NCBI GenBank assembly: GCA_963712115.1
Contig: CAVQGX010000037.1
Coordinates: forward strand, 32,001 to 96,000
Length of the DNA: 64,000 nt
Direction of reading: 5' to 3'
From: an uncultured delta proteobacterium
GTDB taxonomy: Bacteria; Desulfobacterota; Syntrophobacteria; BM002
Part shown: positions 39,031 through 49,300 of the stretch, piece after piece
How the letters are laid out: every line of letters starts with the position of its first letter
How positions within the stretch are numbered: position 1 is the stretch's first letter
The notes under the pieces: generated by a model
Seen by the model: only the letters and a program-made list of their open reading frames with translations
Databases searched by the model: none
What the model was told of the DNA's origin: nothing
Translations under genes and position numbers: made by a program

Positions 39031-39762
39031 ATGGGAGATGGTGGGAAAAAACATATCCTTATCATCGAAGACGACATACACATAGCGGAGGGAATGAAAC
39101 TCAACCTGTCGCTGCAAAAATATGAGGTCACCATTGCGACAGACGGTCCGTCCGGCCTGCGACGATGGAAAGAGGCACAACCAGACCTGATCGTGCTGGA
39201 CATCATGCTTCCCGGCATCGACGGATTAACGGTGCTGCAGAACATCCGCCTGGAAGACGAGCGCATCCCCATCCTGATAGTCTCGGCCAAGGGAGCACCG
39301 GACGAAAAAATCAAAGGTTTTTCATATGGGGTTGACGATTATATGTCAAAGCCCTTCAATCTTGACGAGTTCCTGCTGCGCATAGAGCGACTGATGACCA
39401 GGTCATCCTGGTACCGGGACGAAGGCGAGCCGGACAGGGCCGGACTCGACTCGTCGCCCCGGACATACGCATTCGGTGACAATCTCATTGATTTTAGCAC
39501 CTGCACGGCCCAGTGTAAGTGCGGACAAGTGGTTCTGAGTGAACAGGAAGTCAAGCTCCTGAAACTCTTTATCTACAATCGGGGGAAACCCCTGTCGCGA
39601 GGGAAACTTCTGGAAATCGGCTGGGGCTATACAAAGGACACCACCACGAGAACCGTGGACAATTTTATCGTGAGATTACGGAAGTATTTTGAAGACAACC
39701 CGAAAAAACCCGTCTATTTCAAAAGCCTCCGATCGGTTGGCTACCTCTTCGACCATGATTAG
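39031..39762 (+). CDS. OmpR-family response regulator
   Basis: IEDD, LDIMLP, KPF, RTVDNFIVRLRK, RSVGY. Confidence 0.95.
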   Translation: MGDGGKKHILIIEDDIHIAEGMKLNLSLQKYEVTIATDGPSGLRRWKEAQPDLIVLDIMLPGIDGLTVLQNIRLEDERIPILIVSAKGAPDEKIKGFSYGVDDYMSKPFNLDEFLLRIERLMTRSSWYRDEGEPDRAGLDSSPRTYAFGDNLIDFSTCTAQCKCGQVVLSEQEVKLLKLFIYNRGKPLSRGKLLEIGWGYTKDTTTRTVDNFIVRLRKYFEDNPKKPVYFKSLRSVGYLFDHD

Positions 39763-39942
39763 CGGAATCAAATCAAAAAGCCAGTTGATCCCGCTTAATG
39801 ATTCGACCCCACTCATTGACAAATGAGATCATTTAAGCTTTAGTTGGCTATAAATCACTTAATGTGAGTCAATCAAAAACAGGCACCGCTCTTTTTGAGG
39901 ATTCAGCAGAAAGCTTGAGGGGCCTTTTGATTGGGGGAGTTA

Positions 39943-40161
39943 ATGCCAAAGGAAGACGCAATAGAGGTTGAGGGGACGGTGGTGGAGACTCTACCCAATG
40001 CCATGTTTCGGGTGGAGTTGGCCGATGGCCACCTGGTCCTGGCGCATATCTCCGGAAAAATGCGCAAGTATTACATCAAGATTGTTACCGGAGACAAGGT
40101 GACAGTTGAACTGTCACCCTATGATTTGACTCGAGGACGGATTACCTTTCGGGTTAAATAG
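39943..40161 (+). CDS. infA: Translation initiation factor IF-1
   Basis: [39 protein letters not shown]. Confidence 0.97.
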   Translation: MPKEDAIEVEGTVVETLPNAMFRVELADGHLVLAHISGKMRKYYIKIVTGDKVTVELSPYDLTRGRITFRVK

Positions 40162-40335
40162 ATGTTATTTTAGAAAGTAAGCAAAGACTACTCAAATTTT
40201 TTCACTTGATCCCTGCATTTTTTTGTATTATATGAAACGATTTCGTTCGCAAGTCGGCTGGGCTTTTGAGGAAAGTTTCCTTTGCCAGGGTGGCGGCCTG
40301 AGACTTGGAACAATACTTTTTGGGAGGTCAACACT

Positions 40336-40536
40336 GTGGCAGAAGGGACTGTTAAATGGTTTAGTGAGCAGAAAGGTTATGGTTTTATTGAGCAAGATGA
40401 AGGAGGAGACATATTTGTCCACCACTCCGAAATCAACATGGCCGGTTTTAAAACCCTTTCTGAAGGGGACCGGGTGAGCTTCGAGGTGGGAGAGGGCACG
40501 AAAGGGCCCGCCGCCAAGAACGTCACGAAGCTCTAG
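40336..40536 (+). CDS. cspA: Cold-shock protein
   Basis: GTVKWF, KGYGFI, DIFVH; GTG start after GGAGG. Confidence 0.93.
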   Translation: MAEGTVKWFSEQKGYGFIEQDEGGDIFVHHSEINMAGFKTLSEGDRVSFEVGEGTKGPAAKNVTKL

Positions 40537-40658
40537 TTGCCAGCATCACATTTATCACGGGCATCTCGTTTGATTAGGAAGAGATGCCCTTCGTGTTTTC
40601 TGTCGACACGAGGATTTTTGAACCGTTAGGTTCAGAGATCCATGAAAGGTGGTACAAT

Positions 40659-40832
40659 TTGCATAGTTTTGAAAGCAGGCTAAGGCAGCTCAAGAAAGAC
40701 TTTCAGAGGAATGTCGGACCTTCTATAAGGAGGCATCGTTATTATCTGAGTAAGGGCGAAAGAAGCAGACTCAAACACGAGAAAGCTATAAAGCGCTTGA
40801 ACAAGAAAAGATCGAGAAGAGTTTACCGATAG
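40659..40832 (+). CDS. Divergent ribosomal protein bS21-like (start uncertain)
   Basis: SFESRLRQLKK...IRRHRYYLSKGERSR.K..AIKR basic pattern; AAGGTGG before TTG 40659. Confidence 0.55.
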   Translation: MHSFESRLRQLKKDFQRNVGPSIRRHRYYLSKGERSRLKHEKAIKRLNKKRSRRVYR

Positions 40833-40894
40833 AATTCACTTAAATATAAGTTTGACCTCAAGAGTTCGCCTATCCGCATAAAATCTCTAAAAAC

Positions 40895-40999
40895 AAAAGC
40901 GACTGGTCGCTGATGTTGCCAGCCGCTTTTTATTCTTTGGCGTCCCCAAGAGTACTCCCGGTTTACCCCAGTTTTTGTCTGCGTCTCAGGCAACACCAA
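40895..40999 (-). other. tRNA-Glu 3'-end remnant plus terminator (att scar 1)
   Basis: Minus strand CTTGGGGACGCCA at 40938-40950; hairpin AAAAGCGACTGG/CCAGCCGCTTTT; following ~50 bp homologous to the 56123 and 60915 copies. Confidence 0.7.
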
Positions 41000-41012
41000 C
41001 AACAAAAACAAC

Positions 41013-42179
41013 CTAGAAAAAGGCTGAAATCTTCGTTATATCCTCTCCCAAAATAAGAGTGTGAATATCATGGGTTCCCTCGTAGGTGTAGAGGCTCTCC
41101 AGGTTACACATGTGGCGAATAATCCCATACTCGATACTAATACCGTAGGCACCCAGCATGTTTCTGGCCACCCGGGCAATTTTCAGCGCTTCATTGACAT
41201 TGTTCATTTTGGCCATGGAAATATGTTGGTGTCGCCACTTGCCGGCATCTTTCAGACGTCCCACCTGCAAAGCAAGCAACTGCATTTTAGAAATCTCGGT
41301 CAACATCTTCACCAATTTTTTTTGAGTCAACTGGAAGGATGCGATGGGCTTTCCAAACTGAATCCGCTCTTTGGAATAACGTAAGGCCCTGTCGTAGCAA
41401 TCCATGGCCGCTCCAATGGCGCCCCAGGAAATGCCGTAGCGAGCTTCGTTCAAGCACATCAAGGCGCACTTGAGCCCGTTTGCTTCAGGTAGCCTATTGG
41501 ACTCGGGGATTCGTACATCTTCAAAAATGAGCCCCGAGGTAACCGAAGCCCGCAAGGACATTTTTTTCTCGATGGGAAAGGTGAGGAAGCCTTTCGCTCC
41601 TTTTTCCACCAGGAACCCTTTGATCCCTTCGTCAGTTCTGGCCCACACCACAGCCACATCCGCGATATCGCCGTTGGTGATCCAGAGCTTTGAGCCATTG
41701 ATGACCCAGCCTTTCCCATCTTTCTTTGCCCTGGTTTTCATGCCGGCAGGGTCTGAACCATGATCCGGTTCGGTGAGGCCGAAACAACCTATCTTTTCGC
41801 CTGCGGCCATTCTGGGAAGCCAGTATTCTTTCTGCTCCTCGGAGCCAAAGGAATGAATGGGGTACATAACGAGGGAGGACTGCACCGACATGAGACTTCT
41901 GAGACCACTGTCTCCTCGTTCCAGTTCCTGACAGGCGAGGCCGTATTGGACGTTGTTGGTGCCGGCACACCCATAGCCATGGAGTTTCATCCCGAAAAGG
42001 CCCAGTTCCCCAACCTTGGGGATTATCTCCATGGGAAAGGTGGCCTTTTCAAAGTGATCATCTATGAGGGGCATGAACTTCTCATCCACGAACCTTCTCA
42101 CCGTATCCCGAGTAATCTTCTCTTCGTCGCTGAGAAGGTCATCTAGACGCAGAAAATCCAGACCTTGAAATTTGGACAC
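41013..42179 (-). CDS. gcdH: Glutaryl-CoA dehydrogenase-like acyl-CoA dehydrogenase
   Basis: ELERGDSG.RS..SVQSSL, GCFGLTEPDHGSDP, YTYEGTHDIH. Confidence 0.85.
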   Translation of the reverse strand: MSKFQGLDFLRLDDLLSDEEKITRDTVRRFVDEKFMPLIDDHFEKATFPMEIIPKVGELGLFGMKLHGYGCAGTNNVQYGLACQELERGDSGLRSLMSVQSSLVMYPIHSFGSEEQKEYWLPRMAAGEKIGCFGLTEPDHGSDPAGMKTRAKKDGKGWVINGSKLWITNGDIADVAVVWARTDEGIKGFLVEKGAKGFLTFPIEKKMSLRASVTSGLIFEDVRIPESNRLPEANGLKCALMCLNEARYGISWGAIGAAMDCYDRALRYSKERIQFGKPIASFQLTQKKLVKMLTEISKMQLLALQVGRLKDAGKWRHQHISMAKMNNVNEALKIARVARNMLGAYGISIEYGIIRHMCNLESLYTYEGTHDIHTLILGEDITKISAFF

Positions 42180-42208
42180 TGTTCACTCCAAGTTTGAGAT
42201 GATTTAAT

Positions 42209-43447
42209 TTACACCACACCCTTTTCCCTTAACTGCTTAATCTGTTCGGGACTGAATCCTAACTGGTCCTGCAAAATTTCGTCGGTGTGCTCACCGAGCA
42301 GTGGTGGGTGGAGCATGGTCTTGCAGGGGGTCTTGGAAAGCTTCATCGGCGAAGCAACTAACTTGACGGTACCAGCGGTCGGGTGCGGTACTTCTTCGAT
42401 CATGGCTCGCGCTTTGACCTGGGGGTCGGAAAAGACTCTGTCCAGGGTGTTGATGGGACCACAGGGAATTCCTGCCTCTTCAAGCAGATGCAGCCACTCC
42501 TCTGCTTTTTTGCTGAGCATCCTCGCCGCCACAATTGGGACCAGTTCTGTGCGATTTTCAACCCTCGCCGCATTTGTGGCAAACTTTGGATCCTGGGCCA
42601 GTCCTTCTAGACCTGCCAACTTACAGAAGGCTCGCCACTGCTGATCGTTACCAACAGCCAGTGCAACGTAGGATGTCTTTGTTTTGAAGGGCTCGTATGG
42701 CACAATATTTGGATGAGCATTACCATGCCGCACGGGATTCTTCCCTGATACCAGGTAGTTGCTTCCGACATTGGCAAGCCAGGCCATCACAGAGTCGAGA
42801 AGAGAAATGTCAATGTATTGCCCTTCCCCGGACTTTTCTCGGTGGCGCAGAGCAGCCAGAATAGCACTAGAGGCAAACAGCCCGGCGGTGATGTCCACTA
42901 TCGCCACTCCAACCTTCATCGGTGGGCCGTCTGGCTCACCGGTAAAGCTCATCACCCCGCCCATTCCCTGGATCATGAAATCATAGCCCGGTTTGTCTTT
43001 GTACGGTCCATTTTGACCAAATCCCGTAATGGAACAGTAAATCAGACCAGGGTTCTCTTGGCTGAGTTCTCTGTATCCCAGCCCTGTATTATCCAGGGTG
43101 CCGACCTTAAAATTTTCTATCAAGATATCACTCTGCTTTGACAGAGATTTTATGATCTTCACACCCTCAGGGGTTTTCATGTTTGCGGTTAAACTCTTCT
43201 TGTTGCGGTTTACGCACAAATAATACGCGCTCTCCCCTGCAACAAAAGGCGGTCCCCAGTGCCTTGTGTCGTCACCTCCATGGGGGCGTTCCACTTTGAT
43301 GACTTCGGCACCAAGGTCTCCGAGCATCATGGTACAATATGGGCCGGCTAGGACACGGGAAAGATCGAGCACCTTGATACCCTCTAGAGGTAGCTTAGCG
43401 GTTCCTGCTTTCATCAAAACTCCATTTGGTTGGGTTAAAGCCGACAT
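42209..43447 (-). CDS. Class III CoA-transferase (CaiB/BaiF)
   Basis: DLSRVLAGP, NRNKKS, SITGFGQ.GP, PGYD. Confidence 0.93.
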   Translation of the reverse strand: MSALTQPNGVLMKAGTAKLPLEGIKVLDLSRVLAGPYCTMMLGDLGAEVIKVERPHGGDDTRHWGPPFVAGESAYYLCVNRNKKSLTANMKTPEGVKIIKSLSKQSDILIENFKVGTLDNTGLGYRELSQENPGLIYCSITGFGQNGPYKDKPGYDFMIQGMGGVMSFTGEPDGPPMKVGVAIVDITAGLFASSAILAALRHREKSGEGQYIDISLLDSVMAWLANVGSNYLVSGKNPVRHGNAHPNIVPYEPFKTKTSYVALAVGNDQQWRAFCKLAGLEGLAQDPKFATNAARVENRTELVPIVAARMLSKKAEEWLHLLEEAGIPCGPINTLDRVFSDPQVKARAMIEEVPHPTAGTVKLVASPMKLSKTPCKTMLHPPLLGEHTDEILQDQLGFSPEQIKQLREKGVV

Positions 43448-43699
43448 CCTTTTTACGAGGGTCGGAAATAGGTGCCTGAGATTTTGCTGTGAGAACTGAA
43501 AAAAGAATCAGGGTTCAGTGACATAATAATGTTTGCAACTATACCAAGAAACAAGATTGAAGTATACTTTGCAGAAACTTCCAAGGGTATCATTGGGTGT
43601 GATCGGGACGGATCTCGGTTTCAATATTTTTCGTTTTCAATATTGTGTGTTATCGAATAAGTAGCTGTCTTCTTTTAAGAAACGACAGGAGGGTGATCC

Positions 43700-44047
43700 A
43701 TGAAGGTTGTCCGTATGAGCAGCGCAGAGAGTTACGAGCCTGAAAAGGACTGGAAACGTGTGAGTCTCTGCAATGAAAAAGACATTTCCATTGAGCACTT
43801 CATCAAGCCGCCACATCATGCTTCGCCGATGCACGATCATCCGAACGCGCAGGTTCTGGTCGTTCTCAAAGGCAAACTGGCAATCGTTACTGATGGGAGC
43901 GGAGAGCAGGTGCTTGGAGAGGGCGATGCTGCCTATATCCCGGAGAATGAAGCGCATGTGGTGAAGAACCTGCTCGATGTCCCCTCGATCGGCCTCGACA
44001 TATTTGTTCCTGGACGGTCCTTTGATTTCTGGTTGAAGCGAAAGTAG
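43700..44047 (+). CDS. Cupin domain protein
   Basis: H.H...Q...G and YIP.NE.H motifs; DIF.P.R. Confidence 0.9.
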   Translation: MKVVRMSSAESYEPEKDWKRVSLCNEKDISIEHFIKPPHHASPMHDHPNAQVLVVLKGKLAIVTDGSGEQVLGEGDAAYIPENEAHVVKNLLDVPSIGLDIFVPGRSFDFWLKRK

Positions 44048-44126
44048 TCATAGCGTCCATCCGGCCGCCCGGGGTAAGCAAACTGAGTCAGCAGCAGAAA
44101 GCGGGCAATCTAGAAGGTGGGATAGC

Positions 44127-44190
44127 AGCCAACCCTTCGCTGCAGCCGTCCCTTAGACAAGCTTAGGGCGCCCGAGCTCGGCCGTTATAT
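44127..44190. other. Integron attC-like site
   Basis: GCCAAC-CCTTCGCTGCAGCCG...CCCT/AGGG central hairpin...CGAGCTCGGCC-GTTATAT, ~64 bp. Confidence 0.55.
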
Positions 44191-44209
44191 TTCAGGAGGA
44201 TATCAAAAG

Positions 44210-44818
44210 ATGGAAATAAGTCCCGAAAGCAGATCAAACCAGGATATATATAAGATTCTTATTGGCACAGTATTACCTCGGCCAATTGCCTGGGTCTCAA
44301 CCGTTGATACCTCGGGTAACATAAACCTTGCTCCCTTCTCCTTCTTCACGGTTGCAAGTGTTAACCCGCCGATTCTATGCTTCTCTCCACTTCTGCAAGA
44401 AAATTCAATAGAGAAAGACACTCTGGTAAACATCAAACAGACTTCTGAATTTGTGGTGAACATTGTGAGCTACGGTCTGGCCGAGGCAATGAATCGTACA
44501 AGTGGTCCATATCCGTCCGAGGTCAATGAGTTTGATGTAGCTGGAGTTGCCGCGAAGCAATCGACAATTGTTAAGCCTCCCTGTGTTGCAGACTCACTGG
44601 TTAATTTTGAGTGCAAACTTCACCAGATCATTTCTTTCGGCTCAGAGCCAAGGGCCGGGAATCTGGTCTTGGGCCGAGTTTGTAACATTCATATTCATCC
44701 AGACATTGTTAGAAATGGTGAAGTAGACTGTAAGTCCTTGGACGCCATTGGAAGGTTGGGGGGCAATATGTACACTACCATCAGGGATTGCTTCGAGATG
44801 GAAAGACCTGCAATATAA
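44210..44818 (+). CDS. Flavin reductase-like FMN-binding protein (probable gene cassette)
   Basis: PRPIAWVST, NLAPFSFF, KDTL.NI, EFVVN, IGRLGG. Confidence 0.92.
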   Translation: MEISPESRSNQDIYKILIGTVLPRPIAWVSTVDTSGNINLAPFSFFTVASVNPPILCFSPLLQENSIEKDTLVNIKQTSEFVVNIVSYGLAEAMNRTSGPYPSEVNEFDVAGVAAKQSTIVKPPCVADSLVNFECKLHQIISFGSEPRAGNLVLGRVCNIHIHPDIVRNGEVDCKSLDAIGRLGGNMYTTIRDCFEMERPAI

Positions 44819-45295
44819 CCACCCGCTGCGGTCGAACACGGCAAACAACATCCTACTCCCCCCTAATGTTGAGTGCGTCGATCTCCCCACGACTACACCT
44901 GCTTGACACACCAGGACCTTTCATCCTATCATCCTAATATTTATTGCCCTTATCTGGAGCGAGTACTCATCAGTTATCAATCTCCCTCTCATCTTCAGTT
45001 GGACATGTTGAACTTACTATTTGATTAATTGCCACAATGTGGTACTAGATTATTCATAAAAAGAGCGGTTGCAGGCAATTAATCTCTTTTTCTTCTGTTG
45101 CCTCCGAAAGCGGCTATGTATTTTATCCTTTTAAATTAATATGTTGGATGTTTTCAGCAAGGAGAGTATGTCTGATTCCACAATGCTTCGATGAATTAGA
45201 CACATTCAAAGACAGCAGCTTGGCGTCAGGAAGTTGTGCGGCATTTTGAAGTTTCTCATTGACCCAGAACATTTGTACTCAAGGAGGGCAGAATT

Positions 45296-46540
45296 ATGTC
45301 GAGAAAATTAAGAGTTCTAATCGGACTATTAGTAGCTGTCGCTGCCGCTGGTTTCGTTTTTGCGAGTCCGGCCGTCGCCAAGGTTGAGGGCGACACCATT
45401 GTTTTTGGCGCAGCGGTTTCTTTCACCGGGAAATACTCAACCAACGGCAAGCACACCAAGAACGGTTATGATCTTGCCGTAAAGCGGATTAACGAGATGG
45501 GCGGCGTCAAGGTGGGCAATAAGACTTATAAAATCAAGGTCCAATACTACGACGACGAATCAACACCGGCCCGCGCCGGACAGTTGGCCGACCGGCTGAT
45601 CAAGCAGGATGGGATCAAATTCATCCTGGGGCCATACGGTTCCGGTCCGACCAAAGGCATGGCACCGATAACCGAAAAGTACAAGATTCCCATGGTCGAG
45701 GGGAACGGTGCTTCCCGCGCCCTTTTTAACAAAGGCTACCGGTACCTGTTCGCCGTACTTACAACTTCAGAACAGTACTTGGCAGAATCCATCAACTTGC
45801 TCGCAGAAGAGTTCAAGAAGGATGGCAGAGATCCAAGCACTGCTACAGTGGCCATTGCGGTCGAAAACGACCCATTCTCCATGGACATCCGCGCCGGGGT
45901 TTTGGATGATGCCAAGAGGTGGGGCATGAAAGTCGTCATCGACGACAAATTGCCCAAAGAGCTGACCGACATGACCGCCACCCTGACCAAGGTCAAGGCC
46001 TTGAGGCCCGATGCCCTCATCGTATCAGGGCACTCCAAGGGTGCAGCCCTGGCTGTCCGTCAGACGGCCCAGATGAAGGTGGATGTGCCCATGCTGGCCA
46101 CCACCCATTGCGATGCAGCGGACGTGATTGGTAAGTTCGGAGGAGATGCCAATTACACCCTGTGCGCCACCCAGTGGGACCCAACCATGACATACAAGGA
46201 TGACTGGTTCGGCTTTGCCGGAGACTATGCCGACAGATTCGAGAAAGAATACGGCTACGCACCGCCTTACCAGGCCGCTGAGTCGACCGCATCCGTGCTC
46301 GTTTATGTGGATGCCCTGCAACGAGCCGGCACATTCGACACCGAGAAGGTACGCGACGCCATAGCTGCGACGAACCTTCAGACCTTCTACGGCTGGGTCA
46401 AGTTCGATGAAACCGGTAAAAACATCGCCAAACCCATCGTGATGTGGCAGGTTCAGAAGGGCAAATACATACCCGTGGCTCCCAGCAAATTTGCCGCAGG
46501 CCAGGTGATCTTTCCGAAACCTCTGTGGAGAGACCGCTAA
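45296..46540 (+). CDS. Liv/HAAT-family ABC substrate-binding protein
   Basis: Signal peptide; YDDES, LGPYGSG; first gene of an ABC operon. Confidence 0.92.
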   Translation: MSRKLRVLIGLLVAVAAAGFVFASPAVAKVEGDTIVFGAAVSFTGKYSTNGKHTKNGYDLAVKRINEMGGVKVGNKTYKIKVQYYDDESTPARAGQLADRLIKQDGIKFILGPYGSGPTKGMAPITEKYKIPMVEGNGASRALFNKGYRYLFAVLTTSEQYLAESINLLAEEFKKDGRDPSTATVAIAVENDPFSMDIRAGVLDDAKRWGMKVVIDDKLPKELTDMTATLTKVKALRPDALIVSGHSKGAALAVRQTAQMKVDVPMLATTHCDAADVIGKFGGDANYTLCATQWDPTMTYKDDWFGFAGDYADRFEKEYGYAPPYQAAESTASVLVYVDALQRAGTFDTEKVRDAIAATNLQTFYGWVKFDETGKNIAKPIVMWQVQKGKYIPVAPSKFAAGQVIFPKPLWRDR

Positions 46541-46599
46541 ACCCATAAAGCAACCCGCCCGCCCTAGCGATAATCCTAGGGCGGGCCTTCTTATTCGCT

Positions 46600-47499
46600 A
46601 TGGATAATCTTCAAATTTTATTCTCTGCACCGATATTTGCTTTGCAGCTGCTCATTGATGGTCTTCTCATCGGCGCCATCTTTGCGCTGGCAGCCTATGG
46701 CATGGCGCTGGTGTGGGGTGTTATGAAGATCATAAACTTCGCCCAAGGGGAGTTTGTCATCTTGGGGGGATATATGGCCTTCGCCTTCAGCAAAGCAGGA
46801 GTCCACCCCTTCTTCACCGTGCCGCTGTCAACGGTGTCTCTGTACATTGCCGGCTGGTTGTTGTACCGCCTTGTCATCTTCAGAATCGTGGAAGAGGACC
46901 TCTTCATCTCGATTCTAGCCACCTTTGGCATCAGCATACTCATGCAGCAGCTCATGAACCAGGTGTTCACTGCCGACGTTCAGACCGTCGACTCCGGCCT
47001 CGGCACCTGGTTTCTCTTTGACGGCAACGTGACAGTGTTGCAAATCAAGGTCGTCAGCTTTGCCAGCGCCCTGGTACTGGGGGTCTGCCTTGGGCTGTTC
47101 ATGAAAAAGACCCGGCTCGGGCAAACCATCCGTGCTACCGCCCAGAACGCCCGTGCGGCCCGCATTCTGGGTATCGATACAGACAAGGTATATTGCACGA
47201 CCTTTGCATTGAACGCGGCTATCTGCGGCGCCTGCGGGGCCTTGGTCCTTATGACCTGGGTGATTCAACCGTTCATGGGGCTTGCCTATACGATCCGTTC
47301 ATTCATGATTGTCATCATTGCCGGCATCGGCAATGTGGCCGGGGTCGTGCTAGCAGGTCTGGGGCTCGGTGCTGCCGAAAACTTTGCCGGTTTTGTTCTG
47401 GGCACCGAGTTTCAGGCCGCCTTTATCTTTTCATTGCTGGTCGTCATCCTGGTCTGGCGTAACTTTACCCTCAGACTTAAACGAAGGTATCTCCATTGA
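46600..47499 (+). CDS. HAAT ABC permease (LivH-like)
   Basis: INFAQGEF, IRATAQN...A.ILGI. Confidence 0.92.
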   Translation: MDNLQILFSAPIFALQLLIDGLLIGAIFALAAYGMALVWGVMKIINFAQGEFVILGGYMAFAFSKAGVHPFFTVPLSTVSLYIAGWLLYRLVIFRIVEEDLFISILATFGISILMQQLMNQVFTADVQTVDSGLGTWFLFDGNVTVLQIKVVSFASALVLGVCLGLFMKKTRLGQTIRATAQNARAARILGIDTDKVYCTTFALNAAICGACGALVLMTWVIQPFMGLAYTIRSFMIVIIAGIGNVAGVVLAGLGLGAAENFAGFVLGTEFQAAFIFSLLVVILVWRNFTLRLKRRYLH

Positions 47500-48557
47500 A
47501 CACCGTTGAACGAAATCTCGCTCTTTACGGCTCCATCCTCATTGTTTCCCTGGCCGCCCCCTGGGTGTTCCCCGCCTACCGCACCCAGTTGGCGTTCTTG
47601 TGGATAATGGTGCTGTTTGCCCTTACCTGGGACCTGGTAGGCGGGCAGATGGGATATACATCCTTTGGGAATATCGTGTTTTTCGGCATCGGTATGTACG
47701 TGACCGCGGTGATCCAACGGAATCTACATTTTGACATCGAAGAGTACGTTCATGTGGCGGGCGCAGTTGATATGTTGCAGCCCGGTGAATATTTGAGCGG
47801 ACTTTTTCTGGGCATGGGTGCAAGCGCCATTGTTGCCGTGATCGTTGCGGTGGTCCTCGGCCTCTGTATCCTGGCCATGGGGATGCGCGGTCAATATTTC
47901 GGCATTTGTACCCTTGGTCTCGGGGTCGCCGCCGGCGAACTTGCCAGCGGCTGGGAATACATCGGTGCCGGATCGGGGATGGTAACGCCGGTGTTTCCCG
48001 AAAGATTGGGTGAGCGCGGAATCTTCTTCTATTACATTTTTTTCATCCTGGCCGGGATGGTATTCCTGACCTTGAAATGGCTCTATGCGGGTCGCTTCGG
48101 CCTTGCTATCAACGCCATCCGAGACGATGAGGACAAGGCCGAAGCCATGGGCATCCGCACCACCCGGTATAAAATGACAGCCTGGTGCATTTCCGGTTTC
48201 TTCCTTGCAATTGCAGGAGGCGCTGCCGGCCATCTGGTGGGATTCATCGATCCTACGGAAGTGGCTTTTGCCGGCGCAACTTTCGGCGTTTGGATGATCT
48301 TGATGGCAATCCTCGGCGGCAAGGGAACCCTTTGGGGACCGGTGATCGGGGCGGTGATTTTTCATATTACCCAGGAACTGTTCTGGACATACCTTTTTGG
48401 CTGGCAGCGCGTGGCAATGGGCGCCCTTATCGTCGGTATCGTAGTCTTTTTTCCCCAAGGAATCATCGGCTGGATCCGCGACCGCTGGCCGGAACGCTTT
48501 GGCCATCGAGTAGAGGAAAGTACCGTTTCCAGTTCTTCCGGGGGAGGTGGGGCATGA
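47496..48557 (+). CDS. HAAT ABC permease (LivM-like)
   Basis: GY.SFG, AIRDDEDKAEAMGI, ILGGKGTLWGP. Confidence 0.92.
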   Translation: MNTVERNLALYGSILIVSLAAPWVFPAYRTQLAFLWIMVLFALTWDLVGGQMGYTSFGNIVFFGIGMYVTAVIQRNLHFDIEEYVHVAGAVDMLQPGEYLSGLFLGMGASAIVAVIVAVVLGLCILAMGMRGQYFGICTLGLGVAAGELASGWEYIGAGSGMVTPVFPERLGERGIFFYYIFFILAGMVFLTLKWLYAGRFGLAINAIRDDEDKAEAMGIRTTRYKMTAWCISGFFLAIAGGAAGHLVGFIDPTEVAFAGATFGVWMILMAILGGKGTLWGPVIGAVIFHITQELFWTYLFGWQRVAMGALIVGIVVFFPQGIIGWIRDRWPERFGHRVEESTVSSSSGGGGA

Positions 48558-49300
48558 CCGGACAGCAGCTGATGGTGGAAGGTGTCACCAAAAGGTTCGG
48601 TGGTGTCGTTGCCAATGACAACATCAGTCTCTCTGTGCCTGAGGGTAGCATCGTCGGCCTCATCGGCCCCAATGGATCCGGCAAAACCACACTGTTCAAC
48701 TCTATTGTTGGCTACCACCCCATCGACCAGGGCTCCATCCGCTTTGAAGGCCGCGAAATCTCAGGCCTGAGGGTGACTGAGATCGCGCGGTTGGGGATGC
48801 TGAGAACCTTCCAGCAAACGCGAGTTTACGCCAAGATGACCTGCGTGCAAAACATGCAGATCAGCGTGCCCCGGCAAAACGAGGGTTTTGGCGCCATGTT
48901 CTCTAAGTCTCATCCGAAGATCATGAAGAAGGCCGAGAGCTTGCTGGCCTTTGTCGGTCTTTATGCCAAACGGTACCTCCTGGCAGGAGATCTTTCCTTC
49001 GGCCAGCAGAAACTTCTCGAGTTCGCCATGGCACTTATGAACGAGCCCAAGCTGCTTCTTCTGGACGAGCCCACGGCGGGAATCAATCCGACCCTGATCA
49101 ACGGCCTGATCGACCGCTTGAAACGCTCAAATGCAGACCTCGGTATCACGCTTTTTATTATCGAGCATAACATGCCCGTTATCATGGACCTTGCCGAACA
49201 TATCTACTGTTTGGCCCATGGAGAACTCCTGGCCGAAGGCCCGGCCGATGAGATCCGAGACGATCAGCGGGTGATCGACGCTTATCTCGGGGCGAACTGA
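48554..49300 (+). CDS. HAAT ABC ATPase (LivG-like)
   Basis: GPNGSGKTT, LSFGQQK, LLDEP, AYLG; ATG 48554 after GGAGG. Confidence 0.93.
   Translation: MTGQQLMVEGVTKRFGGVVANDNISLSVPEGSIVGLIGPNGSGKTTLFNSIVGYHPIDQGSIRFEGREISGLRVTEIARLGMLRTFQQTRVYAKMTCVQNMQISVPRQNEGFGAMFSKSHPKIMKKAESLLAFVGLYAKRYLLAGDLSFGQQKLLEFAMALMNEPKLLLLDEPTAGINPTLINGLIDRLKRSNADLGITLFIIEHNMPVIMDLAEHIYCLAHGELLAEGPADEIRDDQRVIDAYLGAN

Noticed and set aside
48185-48553. N-terminal extension of the LivG-like ATPase
   Set aside because: Overlaps the permease; a clear RBS and ATG sit at 48554
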